From an uncultured bacterium (GTDB taxonomy: Bacteria > Desulfobacterota_D > UBA1144 > Nemesobacterales > UBA2774): a DNA stretch of 64,000 bases. The notes below the pieces were generated by a model. That model did no database searches. It was not told the DNA's origin and saw nothing but the letters and a program-made list of their open reading frames with translations. A program made the position numbers and the translations under genes. How positions within the stretch are numbered: position 1 is the stretch's first letter; every line of letters begins with the position of its first letter. This document shows, piece by piece, positions 56,597 to 64,000 of the stretch. The stretch is taken from positions 64,001 to 128,000 of the forward strand of contig CAVPJU010000010.1 in assembly GCA_963705505.1 (NCBI GenBank), in the 5' to 3' direction.

Positions 56597-57675
56597 TCAG
56601 AAGCGGTTGAGTATCTGGTAGTAGGTATCCCTCTGGGCGGGCACGAACCCCGCCGACCTGATCATGTGTACGAGCTCGTCGACCGTGGACCTAAGTCTGT
56701 TCTCGGCGCAGCAGAGCACGTTCTCGTCAAAAAGGGTGCCGCCCAGATCGCTCGCGCCGTAGTACATGGAGAGCGAGCCTATTTTAGCCCCCTGAGTGAA
56801 CCACGAGCCCTGAATGTGGACGAAGTTGTCGAGGTAAATCCTCGAGAGCGCCAGCACCCTCAAATACCTGTCCCCGCCCGTCTCGTTCGGGAGCTTCCGT
56901 TCAAGGAATGTGTTCTTAGGCTTAAACGTCCAGGGGATGAACGCGAGGAAATTCCCCGTCTCGTCCTGGAGCGCCCTTATTCTGTCCAGATGCTCGAGGA
57001 TGTCCTCGTCCTCCTCGAAATGGCCGAACATCATCGTCGCAGTGGTCTTGAAGCCAATCAGGTGCGCCTCACGCGTGACCCTCATCCACTGGTCGGCGTC
57101 TATCTTGAGCGGGCTTATCTTCTTCCTCACACGGTTCGACAAAACCTCGGCCCCTCCTCCGGGAATAGTCCTGAGACCGGCTTCCCAGAACCTTCTCAGC
57201 ACTTCTTCCGTCGTAAGGTCGGAATATTTTGCGATCGCGCTTATCTCGGGAGCCGAGAAGGCGTGTAGATGGAGACCGGGTATCTCTTTCCTCGTTCTCC
57301 TTATTATTTCTATGTAGTAATCGAGCGTGATCTCCGGATTGTGCCCTCCCTGGAGGAGAACGGTCGTGGCCCCGTTGTGGTAGGAGGTCCTCATCATCTC
57401 TATTACTTTGTCGACACTATGTGTGTACGCATCGCTTGCGCTCCTGCGGGGCGCCAGAATGCGCAGAAAAGGCATTCGGTGTCGCAGACGTTCGTGTAAT
57501 TCGGGTTCGTATCGGCGACGAACGTAACTATCCCTTCAGGATGGTGCTTCCTTCTCACTGCATCGGCGAGAGAGCCCATCTGTATGGTGTCCGCGTTCTT
57601 AAGAAGGACCAGCCCCTCGTCCCTGCCTATCCTCTCTCCCGCAAATACCTTTCCGAATATTTCCCTTACTTCCAT
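56597..57675 (-). CDS. mqnC: Cyclic dehypoxanthine futalosine synthase (radical SAM); apparent frameshift near 57440
   Basis: NYTNVCDTECLFCAF (CxxxCxxC), LLQGGHNP, IPGGGAEVL, TATMMFGH, FIPWTF, Q.SW.TQG, ENV. Confidence 0.88.
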
Positions 57676-57727
57676 CGCACATTTAGTGAACCTTATACCA
57701 CCTTTTATGTCAATTTAAGTATAGGGG

Positions 57728-57950
57728 GCTTAAGAAGGGTATATATCTTTCCCTTCTTAAGCACTTGATCCTCTCCTTTCCTGTCAATTCCTTCCCCATA
57801 AATAGGGGGAAGGTGAGGATGGGGGTGTATAAGCCCGTTCGCCCTGAGCTTGTCGAAGTGTCGAAAGATGTCATTTCGACCCCAGGGAGAAATCTATCCT
57901 TTATTTTTCTACTCTATAAATACAGATTTCTCGCGTTGCTCGAAATGACA
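57728..57950. repeat. Cluster of palindromes and REP-like elements
   Basis: GCTTAAGAAGGG/CCCTTCTTAAGC; CCTTCCCC...GGGGAAGG; GTTCGCCCTGAGCTTGTCGAAG; TGTCATTTCGA..GAGAAATCT paired with AGATTTCTC..TCGAAATGACA. Confidence 0.7.
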
Positions 57951-58114
57951 GTGTAGGTTAGATGGAGGGTAAGAGAGTAAGGCGGAACTGAGCTCCTCCC
58001 ACTCCGCCGCCAAGGCGGGGGGTATATATCTGTCGGACTGTCGGAAGGTCCGCGAACCTGAAATCTCAAAACTATTGAGACCCTCGGCAAACGTGTGTAG
58101 ATTATTCCCGTAAC

Positions 58115-59545
58115 ATGCCATACCGCAAAGGCGCTTTGATCCTTTCAGCCCTCCTCTTATTTATTCTCGCATCGAATCCAAACGTCAACTCAGGCTCATT
58201 CGACGAAAACCTCCTTTCCATATATTCCCAGGGGCGAAAGGTCGGATATCAATACGATTCCGAAAAGTCTGTAGGGGACATTACCGAGGTAACCGAAAAG
58301 ACAAAGCTCAAGGTCAAGCTCCTCGACAATGTTGAGGACCTCGTGACCGTTGCCCATTACAGGCTCCGCGGCTACCGTCTCCTCTCGTTTGATTTCAGCT
58401 ACACGTCCACGTCGGGGAACGTGACGGCAAGCGGGGAGAGAGAAGGGCAATCTCTCCGAATAAAAATAAATTCCGTATCCGGGAAATCGGAGCTGGTTAT
58501 TCCGGCGGGTGAAGACCTCATTCCGGTCTCGCTGCTCCCCGCATGGCTCACGGCGAAATCGCCCCGGGCGGGACGCGAATACAAAGTCCCTGTGCTCGAC
58601 CCTCTTACTGTCATCGCGGGCTCGGGAGGAGCTATCCCCGAATCCGTTAACAGGATAGCCGCACGGGAGCGGGTCGATATCCCCTCATCGGGCAGCTACG
58701 ACACATGGAGGGTGGAATCCGAAATCTCGGGCGTGCGTATCACGTCCTGGATCACCGACAGCGGCCAGTTGATAAGGCAGTCGACTCCTCCCGGCATGAC
58801 GGCACTGAGGGACAAGGAAGGCAGCGCCCCTGATGAAGGGATTACGGAATACGACGTTACCGCCTCGACCTCCATACCTTCCGATACGGAGATTAAAGAC
58901 GCGAGGAACCTCAAGTACCTCAGGGTGGAGATAAAGGGTATCGAGCCCGGCGACGGGTTTGAGCTCAGCGACGGCTACAGGCAGTCCTCCCGGGGGAGCG
59001 TCGTCGAGATCAGGGCGGGAGACCTCGCTCATCTGAATACGTACAAGATCCCGAATAAAGACCCGGCGCTCGCTCGGTACCTCAAGCCCGATAACCTCAT
59101 TCAGAGCGGGGACCCGGAAATAATTTCCAAGTCGCGGGAGATACTCGGCGGGGAGACCGATTCACTCCAGGCGGCTGAGAAGATAAACAGATGGGTCTAC
59201 GGGTATCTGGAAAAAACCGGCACGGCGAGCATCCCTAACGCAAAGGACGTGCTGAAGGCCGGCTCGGGCGACTGTAACGAGCATTCCGCCCTTTTCGCCG
59301 CGCTTGCGCGCGCTGCGGGAATCCCGACAAAAACAGTGTCGGGTACAATATATCTCGACGGGAGATTCTATTACCATGCCTGGAACGAGGTCTACGTAGG
59401 GGAATGGGTGGCGGTCGACCCCACTTTCGGGCAGATACCCGCGGACGCGACTCATATAAAACTCGTCGAAGGGGATTTGACGAAAAGCTCCCTCATAATG
59501 AATGCAGCGGGTAAAATAAATCTCAAAATTCTGGATGCCTCCTGA
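58115..59545 (+). CDS. Exported transglutaminase-like (Cys-His-Asp) protein
   Basis: GDCNEHS, ARAAGIP, YHAWNEVY, VDPT; N-terminal signal/TM. Confidence 0.88.
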   Translation: MPYRKGALILSALLLFILASNPNVNSGSFDENLLSIYSQGRKVGYQYDSEKSVGDITEVTEKTKLKVKLLDNVEDLVTVAHYRLRGYRLLSFDFSYTSTSGNVTASGEREGQSLRIKINSVSGKSELVIPAGEDLIPVSLLPAWLTAKSPRAGREYKVPVLDPLTVIAGSGGAIPESVNRIAARERVDIPSSGSYDTWRVESEISGVRITSWITDSGQLIRQSTPPGMTALRDKEGSAPDEGITEYDVTASTSIPSDTEIKDARNLKYLRVEIKGIEPGDGFELSDGYRQSSRGSVVEIRAGDLAHLNTYKIPNKDPALARYLKPDNLIQSGDPEIISKSREILGGETDSLQAAEKINRWVYGYLEKTGTASIPNAKDVLKAGSGDCNEHSALFAALARAAGIPTKTVSGTIYLDGRFYYHAWNEVYVGEWVAVDPTFGQIPADATHIKLVEGDLTKSSLIMNAAGKINLKILDAS

Positions 59546-61334
59546 AATGAACGGAAAAAATAAGCTCTTATATATAGCCGTATCCGCATTATTCGCGGCA
59601 CTGCCCTTACTGTCGTGCGCGCAGAAGAACGTCTACAAAACCGACCCCGCGCAGGCCGATCAGCCTATACTCTCGGCTGCGAAGCCTATGAACGACGCTT
59701 ACTATCATTTCATGGTTTCGAGGATGCTCTACCTCGACAACAAGGTACCGGAATCTCTGTCCGAGCTCGAGCTCGCGGAGCAGTACGATCCGTCCTCCGC
59801 GTACCTGAAATACAACCTGGCCCTCATGTACATGTCGGTAGGCAGGATGAACGATGCGCTCGCGAAGCTCGATGAATCGATCAAGACCGATCCCAACTTC
59901 GCTCCTTCCTACACGCTGCTGGGGAAAGTGTACGCCTCGTCCCAGGACCCGAAGGAGAGGGAGAAGTCGGTAGGGTTACTGAATAAGGCAGTGGAGCTCG
60001 ACCCCAATGACGCGGAATCGCTCCTGTTCCTGGGGATCATGGATACGGAGGCGGGCAACTACGACAGCGCGGAGATCAAGTTCAGGAAGATAACGGAGCT
60101 CTACCCCGACAACGAAAGGGGTTATTTCTTCCTCGGGAAGCTCTATTTCCAAAAAGGCGACTATGCTTCAGCGGAGGCGAACTACAAGAAGGCGCTCGAT
60201 ATAAACCCGAGCTTCGGCTCGGCGCTCATCGAGCTCGCGGTGGTCTATGAGCAGGAGGGGAGGATAAAGGAGTCGGAGCAGATATACAAGGACGTCATAG
60301 TGCTCTTCCCCCACAGTCTCGAGTCCTACGTCCGCTACGGCAACTTTCTCTTCAGAGTGAACCGTATCGAGGACGCGAGGGCTCAGTTCGAGAAGGCGGA
60401 GAGCCTCGATGTCGAAAACCCGGATCTCAAGCTCAGACTCGGTCTCCTTTACATCGAAAACGGTGAGTATGACAAGGCGATAGAGGAGTTCAGGGTCATC
60501 CTCATGGGGAACCCCAAGGACGAGAGGGCGAAATATTACCTGGCGCTCGGGTACATCGAGACGGGACGGTACGATACAGCCATCCAGATATTGGATTCCA
60601 TACCGCAATATTCAGAATTTTACGACGAAAGCCTCGTCCAGAAGGCTTATATATTCGAAAAGCAGAATATGCTTCCCGAGTCCCTCGCCCTGATGGAGCA
60701 GGTATACGGGCACGAGCCTAATAATGAAGTAATCGTAAATTACCTCGGGAACGTTTACAGGAAGCTGGGCAGGAACGAGGACGCGATCAACCTTTATAAG
60801 AAATTCCTCGAGTCCAATCCCGGTAACGAGACGATATACTACTCCCTCGGCGTGACGTATTACCTCATAGATCAGGAAGACAAGTCGGTAGAGACGATGA
60901 TGAAGCTGATCGAGATCAACCCGAAGCACGCGGACGCCCTCAACTTCGTCGGCTATTCCTACGCGGAGAGGGGCATTAAACTCGACGAAGCCGAGTCGCT
61001 CATAAAGAAAGCCCTCGCCATTTCCCCCAATAAGGGTTATATACTCGACAGCCTGGGCTGGGTCTATTACAAGAAGGGGAATTACAGCGAAGCGATAAAA
61101 ATGCTCAAGGAAGCGGCAGCACTTCAATCTGACGACCCGGCCATACTCGAGCACATAGGCGACGTTTACAAGGATATGGGGGACAGCGGCAGCGCGCTCG
61201 AATATTACCGTAAAGGCGTTAAAATGCTGAACGGCGCGCCGTCGAATGACCCCGATGAAAAGGAGCTCAGAGACAGGCTCCAGGAAAAGATAAATCAGCT
61301 CTCACAAAATCCTAAGGTCCAAAGCAAGAATTGA
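59535..61334 (+). CDS. TPR-repeat lipoprotein
   Basis: Lipobox LLSC; many TPRs; ALNFVGYSYA, YILDSLGWVYY, EHIGD. Confidence 0.9.
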   Translation: MPPEMNGKNKLLYIAVSALFAALPLLSCAQKNVYKTDPAQADQPILSAAKPMNDAYYHFMVSRMLYLDNKVPESLSELELAEQYDPSSAYLKYNLALMYMSVGRMNDALAKLDESIKTDPNFAPSYTLLGKVYASSQDPKEREKSVGLLNKAVELDPNDAESLLFLGIMDTEAGNYDSAEIKFRKITELYPDNERGYFFLGKLYFQKGDYASAEANYKKALDINPSFGSALIELAVVYEQEGRIKESEQIYKDVIVLFPHSLESYVRYGNFLFRVNRIEDARAQFEKAESLDVENPDLKLRLGLLYIENGEYDKAIEEFRVILMGNPKDERAKYYLALGYIETGRYDTAIQILDSIPQYSEFYDESLVQKAYIFEKQNMLPESLALMEQVYGHEPNNEVIVNYLGNVYRKLGRNEDAINLYKKFLESNPGNETIYYSLGVTYYLIDQEDKSVETMMKLIEINPKHADALNFVGYSYAERGIKLDEAESLIKKALAISPNKGYILDSLGWVYYKKGNYSEAIKMLKEAAALQSDDPAILEHIGDVYKDMGDSGSALEYYRKGVKMLNGAPSNDPDEKELRDRLQEKINQLSQNPKVQSKN

Positions 61335-62134
61335 AAAACGCCTCTAAGAAATTTTACTTTCTCGCCGGAATAATACTGCTCCTGGCCTCATCGTGCGCGC
61401 CCAGAGTCGCCGAGATAGACGTGACCGGAGCGGACGCCGAAAATATAATAAAAAAAATCGAGCTTTTTGAAAGCGGCGTAAGGTCCGTAAAGGGACTCGC
61501 GAGGGTCAGGATAGAGACCGCCGCGGACAAGGTCTCCTATACCCAGGTCACGATAGCCGAAGAGCCAAACCTGATCCGCCTTGAAGCTCTCAACCCCTTC
61601 GGGAGCACGGTGGGGTTCATATCGTCCGACGGACGTCATATTTACATCATGTCCTCGGGCGAAAAGGGGATTTATGACGCCGCAGAGGAATTCGACCTCT
61701 CATACGTCTACCCGGGGCTCGATATAAGGATAACGGCTGAAAGCCTTGTGAATCTGGTCATGGGACGCCTGCCACTCAGGATCTACGAGGCGGCGGAGAA
61801 ACCCGCGATTGCCGCCGACGCGGGCCTGATAAAGCTCACGTGGAAGGGCGCGAAGTCGGGAGAAGAGAACATACTCTGGGTGAACCACGAGAATTACAGG
61901 GTCGAGAAAGCCGACTTTACGCTCGGGAACGGCGAGAGGGCGAGGCTCCTCTACGAATATTTCGGAGGACTTGTTGACGGGCACTATTTCCCCAGGAAAA
62001 TTGACTTTGCTACCGGGGGGCTTTCGATTAATATTGTCTATGAGCCGGACCTGGAGCTTAACGGGGGTGTGGACAGGGCACTCTTCACCCCATCGGCGTC
62101 GATTGAAAAAGCCGGCGCACAAAATTATAATTAG
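61331..62134 (+). CDS. Lipoprotein, LolB-like/DUF4292
   Basis: Lipobox ASSC; IRLEALNPFG; FPRKI; follows the TPR gene. Confidence 0.65.
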   Translation: MKNASKKFYFLAGIILLLASSCAPRVAEIDVTGADAENIIKKIELFESGVRSVKGLARVRIETAADKVSYTQVTIAEEPNLIRLEALNPFGSTVGFISSDGRHIYIMSSGEKGIYDAAEEFDLSYVYPGLDIRITAESLVNLVMGRLPLRIYEAAEKPAIAADAGLIKLTWKGAKSGEENILWVNHENYRVEKADFTLGNGERARLLYEYFGGLVDGHYFPRKIDFATGGLSINIVYEPDLELNGGVDRALFTPSASIEKAGAQNYN

Positions 62135-62211
62135 TACGGATGACATTACATGCTCATACTCGTCCGCGATCAACAGAATCTAATTTACTAATCATTTGAG
62201 GTTGCCATCCG

Positions 62212-62493
62212 GTGTCGGGAACTGAAGTCGTAAAGGTATTTACGATAAAAAACAAGCTGGGTCTCCATGCACGCGCAGCGGCGGTGTTCGTCAGGCTGTC
62301 GAGCAAACTCACGTGCGAGGTAAAGATCGTAAAGAACGGCTACGAGGTAGACGGCAAGAGCATACTCGGTGTGCTGTCGCTCGCGGCCGCGAAAGGGAGC
62401 GAGATAAAGGTGATAACGAGGGGCGAGGGATCGGAGAGCGCAATGGCCGAGATCGAAGAGCTTATCGAGAGCGGGTTCGGAGAGGGCATATGA
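62212..62493 (+). CDS. ptsH: Phosphocarrier HPr
   Basis: [10 protein letters not shown] (His15) and DGKSILG (Ser46). Confidence 0.95.
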   Translation: MSGTEVVKVFTIKNKLGLHARAAAVFVRLSSKLTCEVKIVKNGYEVDGKSILGVLSLAAAKGSEIKVITRGEGSESAMAEIEELIESGFGEGI

Positions 62494-64000
62494 GGGTCGA
62501 GAGGAAAGGTATACCCATATCCCCGGGGATCGCGCTCGGAAAGGTCGTGCTGCTCGACCGCTCGAGGATGATAGTCGAAAGGACTCAAGTCGACGAGCAC
62601 CAGATCGATAACGAGAAGCAGAGGTTCCTACAAGCCGTCAGGCGCTCGAAGGATCAGCTGCTGTCCATCAAGGACGAGCTCGAGCCTCTCGAGGGCGGAG
62701 ACCATCTTCAAATCCTGAACATAAACATAATGATGCTCGAGGACGAGATCCTCACGGAAGAGGTGCTCAGGTTCATAGAGGACGAGCGGGTAAACGCCGA
62801 GTGGGCCGTGAACCACATACTTTCGAAGAAGAGCGAGGCTTTCAGGAAAGTCGAAGACCATTACATGAAGGAGAGACTCGCCGACATCTACTACATGGGC
62901 GAGCGGATACTCCGGAACCTCCACGGCGTCTCGGAGGATATCCCCGACCTCGGATACGACTCGATACTCGTAGCCCACGATATATCCGCCGTTGATGTCG
63001 TGGCGTTCGCCAAGCACCACGCGATCGGTATCGCCACCGATACCGGCGCCTCCACCTCACACAGCGCCATAGTTGCGAAGTCCCTCGGCATACCGACCGT
63101 CATGGGTCTTGAGGACATCACTCTCAGGGCATCCCCCGGAGACACTATATTCATCGACGGCTTCAAGGGGGTAGCGGTACTCGACCCCGAAGAGGATGAG
63201 CAGGAGGAGTTCAGGCAGCGGAAGACTAGCTACATAGCGCTCGAGAAGAAGCTGCTTGAATACGCGAAGCTCCCCGGCAGGACGCTCGACGGCAGGGAGA
63301 TAAAAGTAAACGCAAACATAGAGATAACGGAAGAGCTCAACCACGCGGTCTGCTACGGAGCCGAAGGCATCGGCATGTACCGCACCGAGTTCCTTTTCAC
63401 GAAGTCAGGATACTTTCCCGACGAGGATGAGCAGTACGAGAGCTACAAAAAGGTAATCTCGGCGCTGAGCTCCCCGCTCGTTACGATAAGGACGCTCGAC
63501 ATAGGCGGGGACAAATTCCCCCCCGGCATGGAACCTTCCACGAGGTTAAACCCGGCGCTCGGGCTCAGGGGCATAAGGTTTTCGCTCAAGGACGAGGGCA
63601 CGTTCAGGACTCAGATAAGGGCCATATTGAGGGCGGCTGACAAGAGGAAGGTACGGATACTCATCCCGATGGTCTCGGATATGGCCGAGATAACGGAATC
63701 AAAATCCATAATCTCGGAAATCGCTGCCGAGCTGGGCAGGCAGGATTCGTGGGATATAGGCGTCATGATAGAGACACCATCCGCTGCCGTAACGGCGTCC
63801 GACATTTCAGAAGAGGTAGATTTCCTGAGCATCGGCACTAACGACCTCATCCAGTACACCCTCGCCGTGGACAGGGTGAACGAGCACGTCTCCTACCTCT
63901 ATACGCCGTTCCACCCTGCTGTGCTCAGGCTCATAAAGGGCGTTATAGACTCCGCGCATTCGAAGGGCATACCGGTGAGCGTGTGCGGCGAGATGGCGAG
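62490..64000 (+). CDS. ptsI: PTS enzyme I, runs off the window (absent from the ORF track)
   Basis: Manual translation from ATG 62490: [72 protein letters not shown]. Confidence 0.95.
   Translation, partial: MRVERKGIPISPGIALGKVVLLDRSRMIVERTQVDEHQIDNEKQRFLQAVRRSKDQLLSIKDELEPLEGGDHLQILNINIMMLEDEILTEEVLRFIEDERVNAEWAVNHILSKKSEAFRKVEDHYMKERLADIYYMGERILRNLHGVSEDIPDLGYDSILVAHDISAVDVVAFAKHHAIGIATDTGASTSHSAIVAKSLGIPTVMGLEDITLRASPGDTIFIDGFKGVAVLDPEEDEQEEFRQRKTSYIALEKKLLEYAKLPGRTLDGREIKVNANIEITEELNHAVCYGAEGIGMYRTEFLFTKSGYFPDEDEQYESYKKVISALSSPLVTIRTLDIGGDKFPPGMEPSTRLNPALGLRGIRFSLKDEGTFRTQIRAILRAADKRKVRILIPMVSDMAEITESKSIISEIAAELGRQDSWDIGVMIETPSAAVTASDISEEVDFLSIGTNDLIQYTLAVDRVNEHVSYLYTPFHPAVLRLIKGVIDSAHSKGIPVSVCGEMA

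Noticed and set aside
45998..57950. CRISPR array or IS element among the palindromic repeats
   Set aside because: No regularly spaced identical repeats, cas genes, transposase ORF or terminal inverted repeats with target duplication.

Overview
This 64-kb window is bacterial, roughly 50-55% GC by eye. Gene content (CxxxY-type CcmE, CobA-HemD fusion, MqnC, clade II nosZ, sigma54 promoters) is compatible with a Desulfobacterota/Ca. Dadabacteria-like organism; that is inference only. In order it holds: the rmlC 3' end and pdaD; a sigma54-driven 72-aa orphan gene; a System I*-type cytochrome c maturation cluster whose CcmD appears fused behind a periplasmic lipoprotein domain; rsmE, cobA-hemD, sufU/sufS; a clade II nitrous-oxide reductase cluster (cyt c, nosZ, unknown secreted protein, nosB, D, F, Y, L, tetR); a DUF2092 gene plus an Asn-rich secreted protein; a stress island resembling the mycobacterial DosR gene set (Hsp20, USPs, CBS, Rv2004c-like kinase, CtpF-like ATPase, plus a K+ channel and cyt c); an MFP/ABC exporter and Zn-ADH; a CHAD-ParA-CYTH operon; a small variable region with an 89-bp duplication; a Drr-type ABC pair, Fur/PerR, eda, glgA, a DUF6600-like protein, mqnC, a transglutaminase-TPR-LolB-like block, ptsH and partial ptsI. 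The most novel signals are a shared sigma54 -24/-12 plus 17-bp TGTCR-N7-YGACA-like architecture linking the nos cluster, the stress island and two orphan small proteins; the CcmD fusion; and an orphan ParA between two polyphosphate-associated genes. About nine small frameshifts in otherwise intact genes most likely reflect sequencing or assembly errors. No rRNA, tRNA, CRISPR array or transposase was recognised. All family assignments come from recalled motifs, not database searches.
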